A stretch of DNA of 64,000 nt, from NCBI GenBank assembly GCA_964016885.1, contig OZ024741.1, forward strand, positions 298,840,001 through 298,904,000, written 5' to 3'. Position numbers and translations under genes: made by a program. Under the pieces are notes generated by a model, which saw only the letters and a program-made list of their open reading frames with translations, made no database searches and had not been told where the DNA came from. Positions 13,751-26,974 of the stretch are shown one piece after another. Source of the stretch: Eledone cirrhosa. Its lineage: Eukaryota. Each line of letters starts with the position of its first letter. Position 1 is the stretch's first letter.

Positions 13751-13829
13751 CAAAATTGAGTTGTACCTGTTGTTCAAAATTGAGTTGTACTTGTTATTCA
13801 AAATTGAGTTGTACTTGTTATTCAAAATT
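13751..13829. repeat. 24-bp tandem repeat, about 3 copies
   Basis: caaaattgagttgtacytgttrtt repeated; appears as KIELYLLF x3 in the ORF track. Confidence 0.85.
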
Positions 13830-13981
13830 CAATTGATACGGTGTGTGACACCGTGTCAACTGAATTTGGCTGTGAATTACGTATACGTGCCTGCGTACTG
13901 CTCAGCCAGTTGCACGTAAATTGCCCAAGCAGGCTGTTCCGTAAATCACTGGAAAACGTGTCACACGGACCCGACGGCGAA

Positions 13982-14023
<42 letters not shown>

Positions 14024-14233
14024 CATATATATAAATGTATATATATAGGATAAATCCCCCCTCCCCTTCCATTGTCCAAGGAATTTACACCTACAAAGTT
14101 GCCCTTCGAAGTAAAGTCCGAGCAAGGTTATTTGTGGAAAACCAACAGTTACCCATGCAGTCTCTCCTCGCCACTCAATGATGTTGTCAAAAGGAAAGGC
14201 AAATGTTGACAGACCTGAGTCTCTCTCTCTCTC

Positions 14234-14320
<87 letters not shown>

Positions 14321-15842
14321 TCTCTTTCTCTCTCTCTCCCACAATAATCCACAAATATTATTTAGGAATCAAATTCCACGAACTCTCGCGTCTTGAATAA
14401 TCACACCTCCTCACTTATTAATTGTTCAGATTTGTTCCACCATCCACGCTCTTATCCCCCCCCTCCTTATTAAATTTCGTTAATCTATCTCCGGCGAAAT
14501 TTTATTTGAATTTGTAGAATTCCCGCGATTAATTTTCTTTAGACATTAAAAATACTAGCAGAAAAACCATCCTTCGCGTGGTTTTCTGCTAGCCTGTGTA
14601 GTGTGCATATTGATATTATACGCAAGTATATATACATGTAGATATGATACATCAAATAAAATCGTAATTGACAATATACACAGACATTGAACGAAGACTG
14701 CGTTACACTGTCTTATGTAATCAGTAACGTAATCCATTGACTGAAATATATGACTGTTTATTTAAGTGATCGCTAACCAGAAGTGTTGACATTTGGAAAT
14801 TTTAAACAACTGAATCTTAAAATAAGCGACAAAATTATTTATATTTAATCAAGAATAACGAAATTTAGTAGATAAATTAAGTAATATTCATTCATTATTT
14901 ATTCAAAGTAATCCAACTTATTTTACAAACGGGATAAAAAATATATTCTGGACGCTGTCCCGCACTCCTCCATCATAGTTTAGATTATACATGACAAAGA
15001 AGTACATTACTAGAAATCCTATATATTGTAAGATAAATAGGATATGTTGGGGTCTCAATATTTACACAAAACAATTTATTCTGTTTTTTCAAATAATAAA
15101 TGTAGACAATTTAGAAAAAAGTACTGTTTTTCCAGCCTCCCATCGCTTATCCCCCCCATATGATTTGGGACCCGAGTGTATGTAAATCCGATGTAAAAAG
15201 TCAATAATGCACAAATAACCAAGATGAAAAAATTCAGACATTTTATTTTTCTAACGAATGTTTCTACAAAAATGAGCTGAAGGGAAAAACAAAAATACCG
15301 AAAATCGTAGTTCAAGCTCCATTATTCTTATATAGATGCATCTATATATATTTTATTCTAAGCATTGACTCAATAGGTTAGATATTAATATTAATTATGC
15401 TCATTAAGCGTCATCACAGAATTTATGAAATATTTAAAGAAGGAAAGTGAGTGAAATGTTATCATTACGTCACAACTATAACATGTATTATTGAAAATAA
15501 CGTAACTCTTTTATGAATTTTGTAATTAATACTCAGATTATGATATGTATATGCTCGAAAAGACCTATTAAAGTTTAAGTTTCATGCGTATCTTCGATTA
15601 GGATGGCAAATTCCATTATCGGAGTTTCTATGCTTGTTATCATCCTCCCAATCTTGTTCATTTTCAATGGTCAGGACGATCCCTCCCCTGCTTCTGCTGG
15701 ACACCGCCAAGGGGTGATAGCCGCCGGTATTTTTGCATAGCTATCGCTTTCTAAATGTATATGTATAAACATACCGTATTTCTTAAGAAATACGAATTCC
15801 AATACATATCTGAATACAGCCATGGTTGAAGCTAAATTCTAA

Positions 15843-15843
<1 letters not shown>

Positions 15844-15933
<90 letters not shown>

Positions 15934-15961
15934 ATATCTATCTATCTATCTATCTCTATCT
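15844..15961. repeat. (TATC)n microsatellite, 5' flank of the Tx1-like LINE
   Basis: Directly visible. Confidence 0.95.
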
Positions 15962-16181
15962 CTGGGATAGACACATGTGCTGAGGTCGCTCGGTAAGTTT
16001 CGTTTAAATTTATCTGGAAATTGTGAACTGTAAACTTTCATTTTTGTACCATTTTGTAGAGGGACTGCCAGGTCAAACTTTGATCTGGTCAGTCTCTCAA
16101 AATATTCTACGCCTTTAGGCGAAATAGTGTTGTAAAAATTTAATCTTTCGAAAAATTTCGAAAAATCCTATTTTGATAAAA

Positions 16182-17959
16182 ATGGCTGAAGTATCTTCAC
16201 CAAAATTCGAAGGAGGAAAGGGAAAGATAAGCTTACAGCTTCCCCCTTCCACTGTCACAGTAGCAGAGGTCAAAAAGAAAGGTCAGCCAGAGGAAGGATT
16301 TTCTCCACCTGTTGACCGACAACTTGACGTTGCCATGGCAACAAACCAAAGAACCAGCGGCACCAGCAACAGCAACAACAACAACAACAACAATGCGACG
16401 GACGAAAACAACACCAATAACAATAACAACAACAACAAGACCAATAACTGTGATAACAACAACAATGATAACAACAACACCACCAACTACAACAGCAACA
16501 CAAACAAAAAAAATTTCTCCTTCGCCGAGACGGCAAGGAAAACCCTCGACTATCTGCCAGTAGATATAACCAAAGCGAAGGAGCTACTGGCAGATGCCAA
16601 AAAATATATAGTGTACGGGGAAAATGGTTCATTCACGGAACTAAAAAGCCAGAGACTCCTAAACACTGTCATGTTTAGGAAAATCTCGAATAAAAGCAAA
16701 AAACCAGCTCAACCATCACAGAGTGAGATAGAGCTGGTTTTAAAAGACGTCATGAAGGACATCACCTTCATTCAGAAGGATAGACTCTACGGGAGTCTAT
16801 CCATTCTCATGAAGGACAGAGACACAGCAGTGAAACTGTCCATCAAACCAATCACATCCACCGCATACACCTTCTACCCTACGTACATGGGTAGAAGAAC
16901 ACAAAAAATAAAAATCCACACAATCCTGCCGATTATGGACATATGGTGGGTTTTGACAGGTTTCCTGGATGATGACACGATGGTGTCCATGGGAAAGGCA
17001 TCGGGTGACGCGTTCAGTGGAACGAGCCTCGAACTTGTAGTTCAAATGAGGCCCGAAAGGATCGCCCAGATCCCTGAACGCGTCATACTGGACGATCAAA
17101 CTTTCATCAACATTACCGTTGAGGGTAGGCGGCCCTCGTGTTACCTCTGCGAACCAGAGGTCACCTGAGGGCTGTCTGTCCCCAACTTAATAAGAAAACC
17201 CCAATCCTGCCTACACCACCAACAACTGCACAACCAACACAATCACCACAACTACCACTACAAAAACAACCACCACAGCTCAAACCAAAACAAAACAATG
17301 TCCAACCCATCCCCCCCACTCAAAAAACAAAAACAATTTCCAAAACAACCGCACCGCAAACACAACCCGATAATATACCCCTCCCCTCCAACGCGGAAGA
17401 TGACCCCAGTTCGTCGTCAGACGAGGAGGAGCACTTCCACACAATCAAAAGAAAAAAAAGAAAACACACCTCAGACACACAAATGAAAACAACCCCTCCC
17501 CAAAACATAACACTGACACCAACACAAAAGAGCTCACAACAACAGCAAACGAAAAACACCACACAAAAACAAAAACATGCATACACATACATAAACACAA
17601 GAAACAAAAAACTGTTAAACATTGTGTACAACAACAATCTAATGAAAACCCAAGGGCCTAACTTCACCCAGGCAGGGGATTTCCCCCACCTCAAAATGAT
17701 TAAGGCCCCACAGGACACCTATAAAACTTTAAAAAACAACTTTAAAGAGGACGTGGGTCCCCCCTGCGTCGGGCCCATTAACCGCGTCCTCCTAAAAAAC
17801 TACCCCACCCCCTCCCCAAACACCCACACAACTCCAAAATCCCCAACCACACAACACACTGATGCCCCTACACCTCCACAAACCACCACCCCACCCAACA
17901 ACCCATCCTCCACCCTAATGGAAATTGTGCAGCCCGATACCAGGGACGCAGAGAGGTAA
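16182..17959 (+). pseudogene. LINE ORF1 (gag-like, CCHC knuckle), frameshifted near 17160
   Basis: ORFs 16173-17168 and 17138-17959 join through VEGRRPSCYLC / GHLRAVCP; contains an Asn-rich N-terminal tract and a Pro/Thr/Gln-rich linker. Confidence 0.85.
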
Positions 17960-17983
17960 GTGCCTTTTCTCTTCACCACCAAC

Positions 17984-20900
17984 ATGGCCATGCTAAGAGT
18001 AGGCTGTTTAAATGCGGGTGGCCTGGGCTCAACTTGGAAGCAAGCAATGCTTCTAAATGACCTCAGGTCACAACGTATAGATGTGATGGTTATTTGCGAG
18101 GCCCGGATCAGCAAGGTGCGACAGCTGGCCCACACCTTTGATGACTTTGAGATGCACGCATCTCTCTGTCAGCCCGGAGGTGGGGGTGGGGTTGTCGTTC
18201 TGCTGCAAAAATATCTGGGTCTCGCAACTCAGATGGTACATTTGGACCCGGAGGGTCGACTAGTGGTTCTGGACCTTGGCAATGGTAAAGGCGGAGCGTT
18301 TAGGTTGGTAGCCGCCTACGGCCCTTTCGGGTCAATGCGGCCGGACTTCTTCCATTGTCTGAAGACTTTTCTAGGGACGTCCCGCTCCTTGCTATTAGTG
18401 GGGGACTGGAATGGTATCCTAGATGCACGCTGGGACTACGTAGGGGCCTGTCCCGATAGAGAGGGGTGTAATAGCTTCAAAGGGTTAATCGGTCGATTTG
18501 ACCTGGCCGATAGATATCGAGTAGATTTTCCGACTGCGCCAACCTGGACTTGAGCAAATCGTAGCGGATCATCTAGGTCGTACCTAGATAGGTTCTTAGT
18601 TATAATTAAGGGTAAGGACTTTTTAAGTTGTCCAAAAATGCGCATGGTTGGCTATTCAGACCACAAGTTAGTGACCTGCATGGTCAACCTTCACAGAACT
18701 CATAGACAGGGACCCTGTTACTGGAAGCTCAACTTGTCCTTACCGGCAAGTAAGGCTTACAGGGACCGGATTAGCACTTTAGTTAAGGAGCGGTTGACGG
18801 GCGCCATCGTCAACAGCAGGTGGTGGGGATCTCTCAAAAGAGAGATTAGAGTATTCTCTATAGAATTTAGTAAGGAGTTAGCCTCAAATAGAAATAGGAA
18901 GGAAAGGGAGTTGGTAGATAGTGTAGAAGAGGCAATTAGAAGCGGCGACGTGGCCAGAGTGCTAGCGTCGAGAACGGCCCTGGGCCAGTTCTTCGACGCG
19001 AAACACGAAGGCTGCATCGTCCGAAGCAAAATACGTGCTCTGGGAAACGAGGGGACCAAAGCTGTTAGCTGGGCCCTCGTGACAGAAGCCAAAAGAGGGA
19101 GCAGATCCACTATCCGGTCTTTGCGAGACCAGGATGGACGGGTGATCCTTGAACCTAAGCAGATGTGCGAGGCTTTTCAAAAGCACTTTGCCGGATTGTT
19201 CGGAAGGGGCGGGGAGCCGGTTGGGGATGAGGACTTCGGTCTATACCTAGACGGCCTGCCGCGTCTCTCGGACAGGGAGGCGAAGTCCTGCGAGGAGCCG
19301 ATTTCAGCCGCTGAGATAGAGGACGTGCTGAGCCAATGCGGCAAACGCAAATCCCCGGGTCTCGATGGACTTCCATACGAACTATATCTAGCTATGCCGG
19401 ACTTGTTCCCCGATCTCCTCGAGGCGGTCTACTGCAACTGGCAACAGAACGGGAGAATTCCCTGTGCTGTGACCAAGGGCGTAGTCACGCTAGTGAGGAA
19501 GGACGAGCACAAGGGGGACGATATAAATAATTTCAGGCCCATAACTCTGCTAAATACAGAGTTACAGATTTTGGCCAAGGTGCTAGCAAAGAGGTTGGCG
19601 CTTGTCGTGGGTAACCTGGTGGGAGATGCGCAGTCATGTGCTATCCCGTCCAGGTCCATCCACGACAACCTCCACCTCATGCGATACATCATAGAGAGGG
19701 TTGGGAACGAACCCGGCTTTGGTGGGGCCCTGATCAACTTGGATCAATCTAAGGCATTCGATAGAGTCGACCATGGTTACCTGGATGCGGTGCTAGCGGC
19801 GGCAGGCTTCGGACCCGTTTTCAGGGGCTGGATCAATGCCATGCACAGCAGCCGCATCTGCTCTAGGGTCAAGGTGAACGGCTACCCCTCGGAGCCGTTC
19901 GAAATCGCGACAGGTGTGCCCTCTCTCCTCCCTTCTGTATGTAATGACTCTAGAGCCACTGCTGCGGAAGTTGGAGTTGTTGCAGGGCATCCCGTTGGAA
20001 CCGGGATTGTGGAAAGCGGTGTCAGCCTACGCCGATGACGTAACAGTAATGGTGTCGACGGCCTCGGAAATCGGGGCGATCGGCACCTTACTGGAGGAGT
20101 ACGAAAGGTTTACAGGGGCTAAGCTGAACCGGGACAATTCGATCGGTCTGCAACTCGGCACGTGGAGGGGCAGATCGATGCCCTCCGATGGCGTCGTCGG
20201 GCGCTGGACGGAGGGCCCGGTGAAGTTGCTCGGGGTCTGGTTCGGACCAGACCTCCAGGTGGAGAAGAACTGGGGTGAGGGAACGAACAGGGTGTTTGCA
20301 CTGACCCAGAAGTGGGCCGAGTGCAAACTGTCCCTGAAAGGTCGGGCGGAGGTGGCGAACACTTATATAGCGTCCGTCATCTACTACCGCCTGACCGTTG
20401 TGCCTTGCCCAATGGAAACGCTCGCCAAAATGGAGCGCGCACTCTTCCAATTCCTTTGGAAGAAGCGGGCTCCTATGGTGAGGAGATCCATCTGCTGTCA
20501 ACACCCTTCGAAAGGAGGGCTGGGGATGCCGTGGCTAATGATACGTAAACACGCATTAAGGTATTCCTCTCCGGTCAACCGGTGTGGGCCCCGTTTGTGA
20601 GGCGAGCCTTTCCCAGACTCGTCTCACTCACCGAGCTGCAATCCTGGGTCAAGCAAAGACCGAGAAAACTGGGCGCCTGGTACACCGAGTGTGCCCAGGC
20701 GCTCACGGCTCTCTGGCAGGAGGACCGGGCTGTCAGTGGAGAATCCACCTCGTCATTCTATAGAGGGCTGGTGGTTAGCAGGTGCGACGACGCCCTCGGA
20801 GAAGCCCTAGGCATGGAGGAAGACGAACTGGCCAACCTGTTCGGTAGGACATTCAGCCCGGGACCTATGGATAACTTCCAGAGGTCCCTGGCCTGGCAGT

Positions 20901-21395
20901 GCTACAGAAAGGCTCTGCCCGTTCGAAAAAGGCTTTACAGACACGGGCGCCCGGGTAGGGACCCCTCAAAAAAGATCTGTCCCAGATGCGTGTGCGACGA
21001 GGAAACCGTTGCACACGTAATTGGTACACTCCTCGGGCATTGCCAATCTGTGGGGCTATGTCGAACAACTGCTGTCAAAGGTGGGACCGATCCGGTTGAC
21101 CACTGAGTCTATTGTAACGATCAAGCCGCCTCCCCTCTTCAAAAACGAAGGAGAGGTGGTGTTTCTGTGCGTAATAGCCATGGCGAAAGAGGTTGTATGG
21201 TGGACGCGTCTGAAAGGACTGAGGTCAGACACCTTTCTCTCTGGCCAACAACTGGTCCGTTACTTCCGATATCATTTCGGAAGAAGGATCAGGATGGAGA
21301 GAGAGGTGCTGCACCCCAGCCGTTTTTATGAAAGATGGGTGAAAGTGGCGAGAATGGCCCGTGTGAATGGGCCTGCACTCTACATCAGACTATAG
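17984..21395 (+). pseudogene. LINE ORF2 (APE endonuclease - reverse transcriptase - Cys motif) with one stop and about 3 frameshifts
   Basis: Motifs CLNAGGL, GDWN, YSDH, KSPGLDGLPYE, FRPITLLN, LDQSKAFDRVDH, AYADD and CPRC..ETV.H. In-frame TGA at 18551-18553; frameshifts near 19914, 20580 and 21020. Confidence 0.92.
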
Positions 21396-21649
21396 GTGAG
21401 GAAGATGAAAGACCAAGGGAGCACCCCTTCTCTGTGCTCCTGAGGAAAAGGGTTGCACACTTTTTTTCGGGGGTGTGTGCGACCCCCCAAGGCGCCTCCT
21501 CTCTATTGAGGATTTTGTTATTCTTTTATATTTAATTTTATTTTTATATTTTGTTATTGCCTCCTCCTTATTGAGGACGCCTTGTTTTGTAAACTCCCCC
21601 CTTTGTACTTGTCCCACTTTTGATGCCCTGGTGGCAAATAAAAGAAACA

Positions 21650-21706
<57 letters not shown>

Positions 21707-21707
21707 C

Positions 21708-21746
<39 letters not shown>

Positions 21747-21777
21747 CTCTATCTATCTATCTATCTATCTGTCTATC
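21650..21777. repeat. (TATC)n microsatellite, 3' flank of the LINE
   Basis: Directly visible. Confidence 0.95.
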
Positions 21778-21984
21778 ACACACATATAATATATATATGT
21801 GTGTGCGTGTCGCAACTCCAAGTACCTGGTATTGCGTCCGACAGATAGTATTACCAATTGGAAAGACCAACGGAAACATTATTTCCTCGGTCCGATTTAA
21901 CGAAAGTCGATCGACTGACGACTGACGATAAATGGTGCGTGTATGTGTGTGTGTGTGTGTGTGTGGGTGTGTGTGTGTGTGTGT

Positions 21985-22016
<32 letters not shown>

Positions 22017-22849
22017 CTGTCTGTATATATATATATATATATATATAGAAAAATTACCGATTTTCACCCTTCACCCATTCTACCCTCCGCTTATTCCCAC
22101 CCCCTCGCTTATTCCAACCCCGCTTATCCCTTCTATTATATGGGACCCGAGAGTATAGGTCCAGTCTAGTTCATACGAGGAGCTTCCAAACAATTTCTGT
22201 GCACACAATTTCACTCGAAGGTATAAGATGACACGAGGCTATGGTAAATGACATTTACCCAAGATAGTATACAGTGGGATCGAACATCCAGAGATAATGA
22301 TTTCATAACTAACATTTTAACAATCAACCGTGCTGCTTCCCCACGTAAAGTTTAATGATGGAGGAACAAGATCCTTTTTCTTTTTAATAACCTTGCCACC
22401 ACGCAGGTGACCAGTCAAAGTAAATTCTAAAATTTCTACATACACATGGCGCTTCCTCAAGCCTTCTGAAACCGCGGATATGCGCATGAAAAATTCGTCT
22501 CCAAAACTTGTTTATGAAAATGTTTATAAAGTTGAAGACCAGCAGTCACCCATGCATGCAAGTATCCGAGTCCCATGTCACTGAGGTTGAAAGGAAAGGG
22601 CAATATAGAGTCAGACCGTTTCGTGGCAGGTGAACTCAGAATGCTAAAATCCAAGAGAAATACCGCAAGGTATCCTGTCCGACGCAGCAACCTTTCCTCT
22701 CTCCCCAGCTCACCAACCTAGACAGATATTTTATTTATTGAACCCTAAAATGACGGAAGCAAAGTTCACTTCAGTGGCATTTGAACTCAGAGTGCAGAGA
22801 ACTGGAACGAATACATACACATACATTCACACTTATACACATACTACAG

Positions 22850-22890
<41 letters not shown>

Positions 22891-22893
22891 CTA

Positions 22894-22976
<83 letters not shown>

Positions 22977-24399
22977 GTATACATATATATACATATATAC
23001 CTACACACACACACACATATATATATATATTTACATATATATGTACATACACATATATAGATATGCATTCATAAACACAAATACATTTAGGTACACATGG
23101 ACGAACATCAGTTAACGCATGTGTCTCATATTGATTTTATCTCAGCAGGTTTCTATGTTACTTCGTATATAGTATCTTTGTTGTAGAACAAACATATAGA
23201 GCTGCTTATTTTGCATACATACATACATACATCACACACGTACATGCGTGCACATGTACACACATATATACAGATATTCACACATACATACTTATACAAA
23301 TACATACATACTTACACATATACGCGCGCGCGTACACACACACACACACACATATATATATAATATATGTGTACACACATGCATACAAGCACATACATAC
23401 AAGCAAGCATGCATACATACAAACACACATACATACTTAAACTGTACATACATACAAACATACATACTTACAATTGTACATATGCACACACATACATACG
23501 TACATATATACATACATGCACAGATATATACACACATATATACATGAATCCATACATTCAAATATACATACTTACATACATACAGCCATACACACATACA
23601 CACATACACACATACACACATACATACACACAAATACTACTTTATATTGAGAAACCCACTCGACCTATATGCATCGTTTTATATTACAACTATTTCAACA
23701 CATACTGTCATCTAACGATAATGGTTTCCTTTGTTTTTTGTAATGTTGCTTTGAGTATTTTAAACATTTTCTTTGTATAGTTTATATTTTCAGGAACATA
23801 TTGTAACGTATTAAAAAAATTCCAAGAACAAAACAGCAACAATGAGATCCCCCATCACCCTCACTACCACCAATAACATCAATCACACCACCACCACCAT
23901 CACCACCACAAAAACAGCAACAATACAAAACAGTACTACTACCACCACCAACAACTAGCCTACCATAACAAAATCAGCAACAACAACAACTACAACAATA
24001 ACATTAAAAAATCTAACAGACATAAATAAACAACACATACAAAAAAAAAATAATCACACGTAAAATGATAAAAAATGTATTGAAATATATCCTGGAAAAT
24101 CTAATACTTATAGAATATTCTTTTCTATATTAACTTTAATATTCTCTATATTGAGGTTTGGTGAAGACTACATTTTATTCTTATTCTATTTGTGACATAA
24201 AACCAAGGAAACAAAAACAACAGAAGCAACAGAAAAATCAATAAATAAAATGACTTCAGGAAGTAGAGATTTGAATCATAAATACACCTAGATCTGCCTG
24301 ATTACCGTAACTTGACACTAACAATATCCTAGAGTTGAGGCGATATAGGTGAATGAATGTGATATTGGACAATCTATCAACTGGTATGTATGCATGTAT

Positions 24400-24595
24400 T
24401 TAGGACTGAAAGTACAGGAGTTTCCCTGGACAGAATGCCGTTCTTTTGCAGGTTTGGCTACTCAGCTATTGTTGGTACTGATCTCAGTTAAGTTTACTGG
24501 AGCAACGTGAATAAAACACAACACATAAAGCCTATCCAGGAATCGAACCGGCGATATTGCGATTCAATATCAAGCATCCTAACCGTTAGGCCATA
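24400..24595 (-). mobile_element. Degenerate tRNA-derived SINE
   Basis: Minus strand begins tggcctaacggttagg (A-box-like) and contains ggttcgattcc (B-box-like). Confidence 0.55.
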
Positions 24596-24704
24596 ACGTT
24601 TATTCGAATACATAACAGGTGTTTTACTGTTATGTATGTGCCAAGTGCCTATATTCTTTTGTCGGAGGCCTTTGAAGAAATTATCCTAAATTACCACTGG
24701 CTAG

Positions 24705-25050
24705 TATGAACATCTGTTTCCTTTTACCAACATCTGTTTTTCTCCCACATTAACATATTTTATCTCGCATTAACATCTGTTCCCTCCACCTAACACTTGT
24801 TTCGCTCACACTAACATCTCTTTCCCCTGCTCAAACGTATTTTCTCTCGCACTAACATCTGTTTCCCTCTGCATTAAAATCAATTTCACCTTACCAATAT
24901 CGGTTCTCCTCTACTAACATCTGTTCCATCCAACGAACATATGTTCTACACATTAACACTTGTTTTCCTCTACTGACATATATTTTCACTAGTGAGACGT
25001 GTTTCCTCTCTCTCACTCATTTCCTCATATCAACATTTGTTTCCACTTCA
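24705..25050. repeat. Degenerate ~20-23-bp minisatellite
   Basis: Recurrent (c/t)taacatctgttt(c/t)cctc-like units. Confidence 0.7.
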
Positions 25051-25592
25051 TTGGAAACGTTAGGCAACCCTTCTTTCTCACGGCAAATATTTTTTACCCT
25101 GTTGCCCTGTTTACAAGTTATAATAGAATTTATATAGGCAGCGAAGTGGTAGTGTTGTTAGGGCGTCAGATTAAAAATGTTTAATTATTTCTTCCTGTTC
25201 ACTGTACTCTAAATACCAGTCTAGTAATGAGGGCAATTCTTCCTCTACATCTTACCTCGTTTCTATCAACCCTACCTTCTTCCCCCATTTTTCTTTGTCC
25301 CTGTCCCCCCCTCTCTCTTCTTCTCTGAAAGTAATCGGCTGTTCCAATCTGGAGAAAAGTTCCGGGTTAAAATTCCCAAGATACGCTATATGTCCCGACG
25401 CCGCCCCTAAGACTCAGGAGTTAAGGGTTCATAGTTGGAATTCAACGTGATATGTTTTAATCTCTTGATTTATCTGGCTAATTTCATTACAGTGACGTAG
25501 GTTTCTGTCAATTTCAACATAGCAATAAATTGCATATCTCTTTCTCACTATTCCCCTTCATCTTTACCCCCCCCCCTCTCTATCTATATATA

Positions 25593-25758
25593 TATAGGAA
25601 AATGTATGACCGCGACGGCAGAGGTCAAGCCGTTTCGACGGCTATTTCTGGACTTTTTAGTCATACTTTTTCCTATTACCAACTCTACTACCCTAAGTAT
25701 TGAGTACTCTGGTGCGTTATGGTCCATCTGGTTCCTTACCACATTTCCTTTGTTTTTT
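25593..25758. mobile_element. Second copy of the 5024 fold-back element, lacking most of its right arm
   Basis: Left arm and tail closely match 5024-5084 and 5137-5232; flanked by TA runs. Confidence 0.8.
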
Positions 25759-25777
25759 ATATATATATATATATATA

Positions 25778-25830
<53 letters not shown>

Positions 25831-25849
25831 AAATAAACGGGGAAGGTAA

Positions 25850-25885
<36 letters not shown>

Positions 25886-26685
25886 TTACCTTCCCCGTTT
25901 ATTTCTTCACCCACTCGCTTTATTCTTCTGTTCAGGAACTGTATGCATTTTATTGGGAATATCAAGAAAAACATGCCACAATGTTTGTCAATATATTAAA
26001 CACGTTTGTTTAAGCAACACTGTGTTGCTTTGTAACATCAATATTCAATATATAGCATATCGTTTTCATCTGAGTATCTGCGTATCTGAATATATATCTA
26101 TATTCTAGATATCTCTGCGTTTACTTGTATACGAAACATACATTTTTCCATATGCATTAGATGACTTTCTCAACTTATCGTCTCTCCACTCCCCATCTCA
26201 TTATATATGAATAAATATGTTGTGTTTTGTGGTTGTTTAGGCCTACATCACCCTTTATCATGACATATGATGAATTATATTCCAGTTATGACCATCCCAT
26301 CTATAATATTTTTAGAAGAGCATTATCCAACGCATTCCTCTTTTTTAAGATGACATAGTATATTTTGAGTGAGATTTGCTTGTTATTTGTAGCAAATCGT
26401 GTGACTACAATTAGACACTCGTTAGTTTGTGCTGCGTTTTAATTTGATCTGTTTGGATGTAACATTGTTTTTTAAATACAGTTCTTAGTTGCAGATTCAA
26501 TCACATTCGAAATATAACTACAACCTTTTATAGTGGTAAATGACTTTTTACTCCCGATGGAGGGATAGGGGCGCTGTTCTGACACACGCCGTTTCTTGGG
26601 TGCTTTAAATCTGGCGGAGCCCATCTGTCTCAAGGTCGCAATACAGCCAATTCTTTCATTCTTTCCTTCCATCCATCCATCCATC

Positions 26686-26763
<78 letters not shown>

Positions 26764-26780
26764 GAGAGAGAGGTGGAAAC

Positions 26781-26817
<37 letters not shown>

Positions 26818-26974
26818 GAGAGGGAGCGATAAAATCAACTGGTCTAGTACTGGTCTAGTACTGGTCTAGTTTTATCGACCCCCCAAATGAACGAAAAGCA
26901 AAGTTGACATCTACGTGATTTGAGTTCAGAGCACAGAGAACCGGCGGTCTAACGACTTTATCAATTAGCCACCA

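Larger units (their letters stand above)
15962..21649 (+). mobile_element. Near full-length Tx1/L1-like non-LTR retrotransposon (family A), disrupted, flanked by (TATC)n
   Basis: 5' UTR, ORF1 with zinc knuckle, ORF2 with APE endonuclease, RT and C-terminal Cys motif, and a 3' UTR ending AATAAAAGAAACAT directly before (ATCT)n. Confidence 0.92.

Noticed and set aside
16270-20504. Antisense ORFs overlapping the LINE ORFs
   Set aside because: Shadow frames of GC-richer or low-complexity coding sequence, with no independent motifs.
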